A stretch of DNA of 64,000 nucleotides, taken from a virus. The translations under genes were made by a program, and so were the position numbers. Below the pieces are notes generated by a model that was given only the letters and a program-made list of their open reading frames with translations, had not been told where the DNA came from and did not search any database. The DNA lies in IMG/VR virus record IMGVR_UViG_3300005573_000060, positions 1 through 64,000 of that record; one strand, written 5' to 3'. Shown here one piece after another: positions 30,203 to 39,066 of this stretch. The first letter of the stretch is position 1, and every line of letters begins with the position of its first letter.

Positions 30203-31984
30203 ATGGCAAATATAACTACAACAAATATTTCAAAATACGTTTTACTAAATGATTTTCTTCTTTTAGAATATGAATTCAATAGAGATGGCCAAGAAACTGT
30301 ATTATCAGATGCATTTGTTGTTGATACATGTATAGGCTTAACAAAAGCATTTTATGAAAGTAATAACGCAATAGGATTAACAAATAATGCGCTTAAATTA
30401 AATTCTATACCTACAAATACTCAAAGAACATCCTGGTTAATAGATACTGATACTCCAGAAATAACATATCAATCATTTTGGTCAGATTCTTCCGTTCAAA
30501 TATCACAACCATATAAATGTGATACTATCAAACTTCACGTGATAGCGGGTTATAACTTTGAAGATGTTGGAGGATTTCTTTTACAAGTTAGAGCAGATTC
30601 TGAAAATGGCTTAGTTGATTTGTCGAATTTTACATATATAAAACAATTATCAGGATCTGAGATAGGAGATGTTATTAAATTTTCTCCAAATACATTATTT
30701 TTAGGAAATAGATTTTATGATAAATACATAGAATTTAAAGTTCCTTCTGTTCATGAACTTGGGTTAAATACACCTTCAACATTATTAGGAGATACATTAG
30801 GTGTAAAAAATTTATCAGATGTTTATATAACATATAGCACAATATTTGACGTAATAAAAGGAGAATTTGTACTAGATGAGATAATAAATGTACAACTTCC
30901 TGTTGAAAGTGTAGCTGATAAATTTAATTGTTTTATAGCTGAATCTACAGAAGGAGATTATATAGAATATTATGCAACATGGGAAAATGATATAATAGGA
31001 GAGTATATGGGAGAAATTGAAAGTGGAAGGATAAGACTTTATACTTCTAATAACCCAAATGATAATTATGAAAGTTTCGTAGATTCTTATGGCCCGAATG
31101 CTAGAAAATGGGTTATTATACATGAAATAGATGTACTAGAACAAATTCCTCCATCAACATCTTTATTAACTCAAAGATTTTCATTTACACAAGATAGTAA
31201 TTTCTCTGAACCAAATTATTTTAGACCAATTTTAAAAAATTCTGATATAGATGCAACTTATATGATACAATATACATGTAGATTAGTAAATAGAATGGAT
31301 GGAACACAAATAATAAGAAAAGCTTCATTTTCTTCTAATAATCCTAAAAAATATGGATTAAGATTTACAAGATTAAATGTAGATAATATAATTCCATATA
31401 AAATATTCAATAAAATAGAATCAGAAAAACCTAATATAAATATGGGAAGTTCTCCTGAAAAAGTAAAATATGTAAAAGTATTTTATGATACAGTGTCAGT
31501 TGTTATGAATGCATTTAATGAAGTTTTTCCACAAGGAACGGGACCCTTATTCTTAAAATCATATGACTCTGTGTATAAATTTAAATTTGAAAAAATAGAC
31601 ACAAATGGAAATAAAGTAAATGTTGATTTATCTGGAGCTTATAATTATGCGCTTTTATTTAAATTAGATGATAATACTAAGATAGAAATATCTCCAACAT
31701 ATTCAACAAATATGAATACTACTATAGGAGAAATTGAGTTTAAGATTACAGAAGATCAATCATCAATTCTTCAAAAGCAAAAGAAAAACACATATTCAAT
31801 AATAATTAAAAATCCAAATGGAACATCATATACTTTTTATGAAGGTGTTTATTATCCATTATCTAGACAAGATGAAGTGATTCAAAATTATAAGAGTATG
31901 TATACTGTAACAGATTTACAAAATAAAGTAACTGAATTGCAAACAGAGGTAGAAAGATTAAAAATTAACAATAATTTGATATAA
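30203..31984 (+). CDS. Hypothetical structural protein; 3' end interrupted by the TnpB element
   Basis: 593 aa. The last 7 codons and the stop come from the element's left end. Confidence 0.6.
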   Translation: MANITTTNISKYVLLNDFLLLEYEFNRDGQETVLSDAFVVDTCIGLTKAFYESNNAIGLTNNALKLNSIPTNTQRTSWLIDTDTPEITYQSFWSDSSVQISQPYKCDTIKLHVIAGYNFEDVGGFLLQVRADSENGLVDLSNFTYIKQLSGSEIGDVIKFSPNTLFLGNRFYDKYIEFKVPSVHELGLNTPSTLLGDTLGVKNLSDVYITYSTIFDVIKGEFVLDEIINVQLPVESVADKFNCFIAESTEGDYIEYYATWENDIIGEYMGEIESGRIRLYTSNNPNDNYESFVDSYGPNARKWVIIHEIDVLEQIPPSTSLLTQRFSFTQDSNFSEPNYFRPILKNSDIDATYMIQYTCRLVNRMDGTQIIRKASFSSNNPKKYGLRFTRLNVDNIIPYKIFNKIESEKPNINMGSSPEKVKYVKVFYDTVSVVMNAFNEVFPQGTGPLFLKSYDSVYKFKFEKIDTNGNKVNVDLSGAYNYALLFKLDDNTKIEISPTYSTNMNTTIGEIEFKITEDQSSILQKQKKNTYSIIIKNPNGTSYTFYEGVYYPLSRQDEVIQNYKSMYTVTDLQNKVTELQTEVERLKINNNLI

Positions 31985-32035
31985 AAATCATAAAAAAATA
32001 ATTTTCCTTAATATATATAATAAAAGGATTATTTT

Positions 32036-32177
32036 ATGTGGGTAAAATCTAAAGAATTTAAAAAAAATACTTGGTTTATCGAATCAAGCATTATATGAAA
32101 GACGTAAGAAAGGTTCATTAAAATATAAAATAGTTTGTTTATTTTTACTGGTTATAAAAAAATGTTACAAGAGCAAA
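32036..32177 (+). pseudogene. Frameshifted remnant of IS607 TnpA N-terminal MerR-like HTH
   Basis: Removing one A from the A8 run (32060-32067) gives MWVKSKEFKKILGLSNQALYERRKKGSLKYK. No serine-recombinase catalytic domain follows. Confidence 0.6.
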
Positions 32178-33476
32178 ATGAAAACGATTAAACTTCCATA
32201 CAAATCATCTGAAGATTTAACACCTATACTTAAACAATATTCATCTGTTGTTAGGTATAGTTATAATCGTTTTCTTGAAAATAAAACAGAAAAAGAAGTT
32301 AGATATTTAACTAAATCATTAAGTAACATTGATTTGTTAAACTCTTGGTTAATTCAATGCGCAATTAAAGACGCCAAAGCCATTCATATAAGATTTAAAG
32401 ACGAAAAAGTTATATTTGGAGGAAAAAAGAATTTCATTGAAAGACTTAAGAACAAGATTTCTAATGAAGAATATCAACTTAAACGATTAAGTCCTATAAA
32501 TATTCAAGGTGAAGAACTTAAACAAGGAAATCGTTCATTTAAGTTAGATATGATTGAAAACAACCAAATCATCTTTAAATTAAGTAGGAATAAACATATT
32601 GAACTAAAATTGCCAAATTTAAGAAATAACATAGAGAATGAATTATTCAAGCTTCAACAACTTAATGAAGCTAAACATCAGAAAGGATGTACTTATTCAA
32701 TTAGACTTGATTTAAAATATATCTATATAAGTTTTGAAGAATTTAAAAATGAAAAGGTCAGAAATTTAAATGAAAACAGATATTTAGGTATTGACTTAAA
32801 TCCAGATACAATTGGAATTTCAATTTTAGATAATGGAAATGTTATCTATACTCAAGAATTTAGTTTGAAGCCTATTTTTAACAAAATTTTAAATGAAAAA
32901 CTAAGTTCTAATTCAGATAGAATGAAATATTTTCAAAACAAATTAAAGTTTGAAACATTTGAGATAAGTAAATCTATTGCAAATCTAGCAAAATACTTTA
33001 ATTGTAAATCAGTTTTTATTGAAGATTTACATTTTAAACGCTCATCAACAATAAAAATATCAAATAGAAAAAACAAAAATCTTTGGAAAAGAGAATTGTT
33101 TATCAATAACTTAAATAAGAGATTAAACATAGAAGGAATTAAACTTTATTCAGTTAATCCAGCTTACTCAAGTTTCATTGGAAATTTACAACATAACTAT
33201 ACAGATGCAGTAAATGCTTCAATAGAGATTGCAAGAAGGAGCTTTGAATATAAAGTAAAGAAAAACAAGAAAGCATTCTACCCAGATCTGTTGGTAAAAC
33301 ACCAATGGAAGGAAATGGCTGCTAAATATAAAGATTGGAAAGAATTCTTTCTTGAAATAAAAAACTTGAAATTGAAATATCGAGTTTCATTAAATGAATG
33401 CTTTCATAAATTTAATGTTTTTCAGCAAAATTCAAGTCATAAAAGTATGGTTTTAAATTATGTTTTTTATGACTAA
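32178..33476 (+). CDS. tnpB: TnpB RNA-guided nuclease (zinc-finger-less type)
   Basis: RuvC I LGIDLNP, RuvC II VFIEDL and RuvC III TDAVNASIEIARR are present. VNPAYSS is not followed by a CxxC finger. Confidence 0.9.
   Translation: MKTIKLPYKSSEDLTPILKQYSSVVRYSYNRFLENKTEKEVRYLTKSLSNIDLLNSWLIQCAIKDAKAIHIRFKDEKVIFGGKKNFIERLKNKISNEEYQLKRLSPINIQGEELKQGNRSFKLDMIENNQIIFKLSRNKHIELKLPNLRNNIENELFKLQQLNEAKHQKGCTYSIRLDLKYIYISFEEFKNEKVRNLNENRYLGIDLNPDTIGISILDNGNVIYTQEFSLKPIFNKILNEKLSSNSDRMKYFQNKLKFETFEISKSIANLAKYFNCKSVFIEDLHFKRSSTIKISNRKNKNLWKRELFINNLNKRLNIEGIKLYSVNPAYSSFIGNLQHNYTDAVNASIEIARRSFEYKVKKNKKAFYPDLLVKHQWKEMAAKYKDWKEFFLEIKNLKLKYRVSLNECFHKFNVFQQNSSHKSMVLNYVFYD
33435..33474 (+). ncRNA. Hairpin likely part of TnpB omega/reRNA scaffold
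   Basis: AGTCATAAAA..TTTTATGACT stem. The substitutions in copy 2 keep the pairing. Confidence 0.5.
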
Positions 33477-33549
33477 TTATTTAATTTATTGAATTTTGTA
33501 TTTTAACAGAAGAAAACAATAAATTGAAGATAAAATAGAGATTTAAAAT

Positions 33550-34149
33550 ATGAGTATTCTCAATAGTAAAGCTAATATGTATGTCATCTGGTTTCCCAGA
33601 GACTTTTTTTATCCTGAAGTTAGAGAAAGATGGACTCCAGTTGTAAAAAGATTAAAACTTCCGTATGATTCTCTAGAAGATTTTATAAATGCAACTGTTC
33701 AAAGTGTAACATTTCCAGAATTTTCTTTCTCAAATGTTTCTCAACCACAAACAATGTTTAATATAACATATAGAGGAGGAAAAGAGCTTGAGCCATCTGT
33801 AGAAAAAACTATTTCAGTTTCATTTAAACTAACTGAAGGTTTTATCTCATATTGGATGTTTTTTGATCAAATAGAGTTATATCGAAAGTATTCAGCAACA
33901 GTTCCATTTTGGCCTTCGATGTATATTAGTTTTCTTGATCATCATGGATTTGAGTTAATGGCGTTTGAATTCAAACAAATTGTTCCTACATCATTATCAC
34001 AATTAACTGTTGGATATTCTACAGTAGTTTCAGATTTTTCAACATTTTCTTTAGGCTTAAAATACAATAGATATAAAATAATAAGAAGACTAGATAAAAA
34101 TAATTATACAGTCGGAATTTCAAATTTAACCGGAGGTATTTTTGAGTAA
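33550..34149 (+). CDS. Tail tube-fold protein (gp19/gp3-like)
   Basis: INATVQSVTFPEFSF..ITYRGG..TISVSFKLTEGFISYW pattern. Confidence 0.55.
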   Translation: MSILNSKANMYVIWFPRDFFYPEVRERWTPVVKRLKLPYDSLEDFINATVQSVTFPEFSFSNVSQPQTMFNITYRGGKELEPSVEKTISVSFKLTEGFISYWMFFDQIELYRKYSATVPFWPSMYISFLDHHGFELMAFEFKQIVPTSLSQLTVGYSTVVSDFSTFSLGLKYNRYKIIRRLDKNNYTVGISNLTGGIFE

Positions 34150-34153
34150 AAAT

Positions 34154-34783
34154 TTATTTAAAAAGCTCTTTTTTTCTAAGTGTTTCTAGTGTCCAGAATG
34201 AATCTACTAAATCATCAATATGTATTATCCATTTTTTTGATCTAATAGTTTGAAATTTTTCTCTATAATTTTTTAGATTATTTTTAAATTCATTATCTAT
34301 ATCACTATTTATAAATTTTTCTATCATATCAAATTTTGTCATTCCTCTTTTTGAGCATTCAGCTACACTTTTTATTGTGATAGGAGAATAAGTGAACATA
34401 TGATTTAGAGGAATGTATTCTTTTAACTTTAGCATAAGAATATATTTATAACCACTTAATTGTAGTACCACGTCACCTGACGATGCATAAGATAAACCTT
34501 CGAATGCGAGATAAGTATTATTATTAATAAAATTTTTAAGTGACGAGATGATTAAATTTGAGAGATACTCAGCATTTTCTATTTCATATCTCATTTTTTC
34601 AGATATATTCTTATGTTCAACTTTTACATCTGTTCTATCCACAATTTTAACACCAGAATTTTTAAAAGTTTCTACTATTTCTGGGTTTAAACCATAAGGC
34701 CAACTTATAAAATGATAAGTATTATTCGAAAAAATGCAAGCTGCAGGTTTATTTATTGAAAAATCAATTCCTATAAGATTCAT
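34154..34783 (-). CDS. RuvC-like Holliday junction resolvase
   Basis: LIGIDFSINKPA, LAFEGLSY and DDLVDSFW supply the acidic catalytic residues. Confidence 0.7.
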   Translation of the reverse strand: MNLIGIDFSINKPAACIFSNNTYHFISWPYGLNPEIVETFKNSGVKIVDRTDVKVEHKNISEKMRYEIENAEYLSNLIISSLKNFINNNTYLAFEGLSYASSGDVVLQLSGYKYILMLKLKEYIPLNHMFTYSPITIKSVAECSKRGMTKFDMIEKFINSDIDNEFKNNLKNYREKFQTIRSKKWIIHIDDLVDSFWTLETLRKKELFK

Positions 34784-34791
34784 ATTTTATT

Positions 34792-35229
34792 TTATTCTGT
34801 AGTAAGACCATTAAATTTTTCTTTATCTGTTTCAGCATCTATTTTAGTTTTATGTATTGTTTTATCTTTATGATGAGGAGGTGCATATATAGTATAAAGT
34901 TTTAAATCACTTTTACCCGTGTTAATTATATTATGTTCTGAATCAGCGGGAACTATTATTCCACTGCCATCTTCAACATCATATTCATTATCATTTATAA
35001 TAACCTTTCCTTCACCATTTTCAAATCTAAAAAATTGATCATTATCATGAGTTTCAAGACCTATATCTTCTCCAGGTTTAAGACTCATTACAACTAATTG
35101 AAGATTTTTTCCAGTATATAGAACTTTTCTGAAAAAATCATTTTCTAGAGTTTCTTCTTCTATATTACTTTCAAAACCTCTTTTATGGGAATTTTCACTT
35201 TCATATAATTTTTCTTTAACCATTCTCAT
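34792..35229 (-). CDS. Cupin-domain protein
   Basis: QLVVMSLKPGEDIGLETHDNDQFFRFENGEG..IIVPADSEHNIINTG. Confidence 0.85.
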   Translation of the reverse strand: MRMVKEKLYESENSHKRGFESNIEEETLENDFFRKVLYTGKNLQLVVMSLKPGEDIGLETHDNDQFFRFENGEGKVIINDNEYDVEDGSGIIVPADSEHNIINTGKSDLKLYTIYAPPHHKDKTIHKTKIDAETDKEKFNGLTTE

Positions 35230-35246
35230 AAAACAAAAAATTTATT

Positions 35247-35942
35247 TTAATAATTTGCTCCTTTTATTGCTACACCAGACACAGCTGGATTTGCATTACT
35301 ATTAGGTTCACCAAATTCATTTTTAGTTTGTTTATTTGAAATATCTTCTACATTTGGTTGAATTAAACTTTCATTTTCTACTTTTTTTGTAACAACTCCT
35401 GCTGATTTAACATTTGTTGCATTTTGCATAGGAGCCATAGCAGAAAATCCTGTTCTTTCAGCCCAATAATCTTTTCCATAATTTATTGTAAGTTCTTCAC
35501 CGATATTAATAATTCTTGAAGCTATAAAATACATTTGTTTATTTTTAGGATTATAGGCGAATGTTATATTTGGATTATAACTATGAGAATATAAAGATCC
35601 ATATCCTAAAACAACGCCATAAATGCCCTTTTCTTTGTCTATTTCAAATATTATATCATTTAATTTTGAAATAGTTTTCGCTTCTTCTCCAACAAAAATA
35701 ATGGGGCATATTTCTACAATTTCTCCTTTTGCAAATTGAGTTTTAGCTAAAACTGTATATGCGCCATTAGCTTTCTTAGAGTATTCAACTCTATTAATAT
35801 TAAATATTTCTTTTCTTAATTTTAAAATTCCCCCTTTATCTGCTATATGTGAAGGCTTTTTTTCAATTGGATTATTTTCCTCAAATGGATTATAAAAGTC
35901 TTCATTTAAATATTCATCTAAAGATTTAATTCTGTGTTTCAT
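35247..35942 (-). CDS. SET-domain protein (lysine methyltransferase family)
   Basis: KGEIVEICP, LGYGSLYSHSYNPN and GEELTINYG. Confidence 0.85.
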   Translation of the reverse strand: MKHRIKSLDEYLNEDFYNPFEENNPIEKKPSHIADKGGILKLRKEIFNINRVEYSKKANGAYTVLAKTQFAKGEIVEICPIIFVGEEAKTISKLNDIIFEIDKEKGIYGVVLGYGSLYSHSYNPNITFAYNPKNKQMYFIASRIINIGEELTINYGKDYWAERTGFSAMAPMQNATNVKSAGVVTKKVENESLIQPNVEDISNKQTKNEFGEPNSNANPAVSGVAIKGANY

Positions 35943-36519
35943 TGTTTTGAATATAATTTTTAAAAGATTCGAAAGTATATTTAGGCAATTTTATCACTTT
36001 TCCCCTTAAGGCTTCATATATTTTCTTAAATTCATTTAAACTCATTGTTCCAGTTGAAATTCTCTTTATCTGATTAATATATTGTTTAATATTATCTGGA
36101 TGCAATAAAACTGATGCAAATTTTGTACAATATTCATCTAAATCATTTGCGTATCTATTATAATCATATTCATCAATTTTCATTGATTCAAAATATTTTT
36201 TTACTGAATGTACAACAGACCTAAAATATTTTTTCCCTAAAAAATATTTTTCAAAATAATCTGCTGCTTCATACATAAAATCTAAATTACGTTGTATTTT
36301 TTCTATATCTTCTTGAGAATATGTTTGAGTTAAATCACTTATATCAATTTTGTTTAATTTATTAAATAAAACATTAACATCATCTAATGCTCTATTTGCG
36401 TATGTATCAACATTTTCTTCTTCAATAGATCCGCTTTCAAATTTATTAAATAGATCATCAATGCTATGATATAAAAATTTTGCCTGTTTATAGTATTCTT
36501 TAATAACTTTTATATTCAT
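35926..36519 (-). CDS. Hypothetical helical protein
   Basis: 197-aa ORF overlapping the SET gene start. Confidence 0.6.
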   Translation of the reverse strand: MNIKVIKEYYKQAKFLYHSIDDLFNKFESGSIEEENVDTYANRALDDVNVLFNKLNKIDISDLTQTYSQEDIEKIQRNLDFMYEAADYFEKYFLGKKYFRSVVHSVKKYFESMKIDEYDYNRYANDLDEYCTKFASVLLHPDNIKQYINQIKRISTGTMSLNEFKKIYEALRGKVIKLPKYTFESFKNYIQNNETQN

Positions 36520-36575
36520 TTTTTTGTATAATTATTTTTTAGCGGTTTTTAGTAGTTTTTACTCTTCTCTTTCAG

Positions 36576-37529
36576 TTACTCTTCTCTTTCAGCAGTTTTT
36601 TCAGTTTTTTCTGATTCAGTTGATTCTGATTCAGACATTTTTTGTATGTCCTCTGTCATTTCATCAATAAAGCTCTTTTTATCTTGATTTAATCTATTAA
36701 GATTCAATATATCACTTTTAGCAATAGTAGAATTCTTCCATAACTTTTGTAATAATATATTCTTTTTTAAAGCATTTTGCATATTATTAGATATACTATC
36801 TTGAAGATATTTAAGTAAATTAACTTTTAACTGTGTTTTTAATACTATCCAATAACTTTTAATGTTTATTTTATTTGTAGGAGTTAATTTACTTTTTTCA
36901 ATTTTTAGATTTACTTTTTCTGTTACATTTTCCAGATATTCATTAATTCCTTCTTTTATTGTATCATATTCTTCATTAATTGCATCTTTTACATTTTTTA
37001 TTTTTTCCTCAAAACTTTTCATTATTTGTTTTAAATCTGAATCACTAAGTTTTACATCTGTATCTGTGTTCATATTTTTGTTTGTCTTAGTATTCTGCGG
37101 GTTTGTTTGAGCATTTTGAGGATTTGTCTTAGTATTCTGCGGGTTTGTTTGAGCATTTTGAGGATTTGTCTTATCATCTTCATTTAAGCTTTCATTAGCT
37201 TTAAGCTTATTTTGTTTAAATTCTCCTATAGTTTTTGATAATTCAGCTAATACTTTATATTCATTTTGTATAATAGATGGTAAATGTTTTTCTATGATAT
37301 TTTTAATTGTATCTTCTTGCGCTTTTTTAGCTATTGAAGTAAACTTTTTTCTAAGAATGGCAAATCTTGGTCTATATATAAAACTTAATACATCTTTAGG
37401 ATTTTTAATCTTAATATCATCCGGCGATTTTTCATCATCCGCTTCATTTATAAACATAAGTTCATCAAATAAATCTTTTCCGTTAGATTCATAGATTTCA
37501 CATAATTGAAGATATTCACTGTATTTCAT
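36576..37529 (-). CDS. Hypothetical protein, possible internal head protein
   Basis: 317 aa with INE/ANE/LNE sites and an internal 14-aa repeat. Confidence 0.55.
   Translation of the reverse strand: MKYSEYLQLCEIYESNGKDLFDELMFINEADDEKSPDDIKIKNPKDVLSFIYRPRFAILRKKFTSIAKKAQEDTIKNIIEKHLPSIIQNEYKVLAELSKTIGEFKQNKLKANESLNEDDKTNPQNAQTNPQNTKTNPQNAQTNPQNTKTNKNMNTDTDVKLSDSDLKQIMKSFEEKIKNVKDAINEEYDTIKEGINEYLENVTEKVNLKIEKSKLTPTNKINIKSYWIVLKTQLKVNLLKYLQDSISNNMQNALKKNILLQKLWKNSTIAKSDILNLNRLNQDKKSFIDEMTEDIQKMSESESTESEKTEKTAEREE
37081..37173. repeat. Perfect 42-bp tandem repeat (2.2 copies)
   Basis: TTTGTCTTAGTATTCTGCGGGTTTGTTTGAGCATTTTGAGGA x2, encoding NPQNAQTNPQNTKT. Confidence 0.95.
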
Positions 37530-37540
37530 AATAAAAATAT

Positions 37541-37590
37541 TTATTTTTATATATATTTATGAGAAAAAAATAAATATATAAAATAAAAAT
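37541..37590. promoter_or_regulatory. Divergent late-type promoters
   Basis: ATATATA-AAA(A)TAAA motif on both strands between the divergent genes 37529(-) and 37598(+). Confidence 0.45.
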
Positions 37591-37597
37591 AATTATT

Positions 37598-38551
37598 ATG
37601 AGAAGATATATCGCTGAATCTTTAGATCAATATTACAAAAAAGATTTTTTGTTTGAAGATAAAAAAGAAGAAGATGAAAAGAAGAAACTTAAAGAAATTG
37701 AAAAGGACGGTCTTGAAGTAATAGAAAAAGTTAAGAAAAACTTTGAAAAATTTAAAAAAGAATCAAAGGGAAAAATTTCTGAATATAAACAATTTTGGAA
37801 TGAACAAGAAAAAATAAAAGCATCTTTTTCTAAATCTGATATTATTTATAAATTTTATGATAATGATTTTGCCGTGGGTGTTATAAATCTTCCTGTTGAA
37901 AAAAATTCAGATGAGCCTTTTTTAAGTAAGCTTGGAGCATCTGAAGATACAGATGAATTAAAAGTTCCAGATATTGAAGAAATAAAAGAAAGTTTAAAAG
38001 TAGAAAAATCAAAAATGTTAAAAGAAGATGATAATGATGATTTTAACATAAATTTAAATGATTTGAGCTTAAATGATAATAAAGAAAAAGAAACAGATGA
38101 AGAGAATCTAAAAAAAGAAGAGCCAAAAGAAGAAAATAAAGAGGGCGCAACAGAAGAACCTAAAGATGAGCATAATACAGATGAGTTAACTACAGAGCCA
38201 GAATCTGAACCTGAATCTGAACCTGAGTCTAAACTTACATCTGAGCCTGAAGATTCAAACGAACAAAAATATTTTGTTGTTTATAGTATATCTGATGATG
38301 AAAGAGAAGAAATTTTTAGATGTGGATCAAATAATGTAGTTAAAGCTTTCAAAGAATTCTATAATGATGTGTTTAAAGCTTCTATGAAAAATGCTCTTGC
38401 CAAATATAAAGAAATAAAACAAAAAGAGAAAGAAGAAGCCGAGAAAGCTGAAAAGAAGAAACTAGAGAAACAAAAAGAATCAAAATTTAAAAAGTTCTTA
38501 GAAGAATCTGTGCTATCTTATATAGAAGCTACTCATAGTTTAAATGATTAA
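37598..38551 (+). CDS. Highly acidic hypothetical protein (possible prohead core/internal protein)
   Basis: Glu/Lys-rich with an EPES repeat. N-terminal IAES/LFED sites. Confidence 0.55.
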   Translation: MRRYIAESLDQYYKKDFLFEDKKEEDEKKKLKEIEKDGLEVIEKVKKNFEKFKKESKGKISEYKQFWNEQEKIKASFSKSDIIYKFYDNDFAVGVINLPVEKNSDEPFLSKLGASEDTDELKVPDIEEIKESLKVEKSKMLKEDDNDDFNINLNDLSLNDNKEKETDEENLKKEEPKEENKEGATEEPKDEHNTDELTTEPESEPESEPESKLTSEPEDSNEQKYFVVYSISDDEREEIFRCGSNNVVKAFKEFYNDVFKASMKNALAKYKEIKQKEKEEAEKAEKKKLEKQKESKFKKFLEESVLSYIEATHSLND

Positions 38552-38570
38552 ATTTTATGTAAATAAATAG

Positions 38571-38598
38571 AAAGGAGAATCTTGAGATTCTCCTTTTT
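38571..38598 (+). terminator. Intrinsic terminator
   Basis: AAAGGAGAATC-TTGA-GATTCTCCTTT-TT. Confidence 0.8.
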
Positions 38599-38680
38599 GC
38601 GTAAAAATTTAACATAACTTTAACAAAAAAATATTTTTTTATATCACAAAAATGATTATTTTTATATAAAATTTACATTT

Positions 38681-39061
38681 ATGAATACAAAGGAAAAAAT
38701 CATTGAATTATCAAATGAACGTTACAAATTGATGGATAGTTTTTATGATAGTGACTATGATACTTATCCTCAAAATATAGAAGAGAAAATAAATGAACTT
38801 TCTAAAAAAATTCTTACACTACTTAAAGAAAATATAGATTCTCTAGATTTTGAATTTATGATGGTTCAATTAACAGAAATTGGAGATTGCCCAAGTCTAA
38901 TTTATGATGATAATGGTCACTGGGCTATATCTTATCCATATTTTTCAAATGTTTCAGGTGAGGATAAACCTATCAACACTGATATGGCCTTTTATATAAA
39001 AGAGGATAGTTGGAAAGATTCTCCTAAGGAAGCTTTAAAATTTTACTTACATAAAGATTAA
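38681..39061 (+). CDS. Hypothetical protein
   Basis: 126-aa ORF with no recognised motif. Confidence 0.6.
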   Translation: MNTKEKIIELSNERYKLMDSFYDSDYDTYPQNIEEKINELSKKILTLLKENIDSLDFEFMMVQLTEIGDCPSLIYDDNGHWAISYPYFSNVSGEDKPINTDMAFYIKEDSWKDSPKEALKFYLHKD

Positions 39062-39066
39062 AAAAT

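Larger units (their letters stand above)
31962..33506 (+). mobile_element. Non-autonomous IS607/IS605-family tnpB element, copy 1
   Basis: Left end (AAATTAACAATAATTT..) and right end (..TTGAATTTTGTATTTTAA) are shared with copy 2. TTAA occurs at both junctions. Confidence 0.8.

Noticed and set aside
31962-33506. IStron (self-splicing group I intron carrying tnpB)
   Set aside because: The left end is short and AT-rich, with no recognisable P7 or other group I core, and it supplies its own stop codon to the host gene.
13702-38663. Fur-like box AAAAATGATTATTTTT at about 13702 and 38648
   Set aside because: Only two copies, made almost entirely of A/T, with a weak match to the 7-1-7 Fur consensus. 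Plausibly chance.
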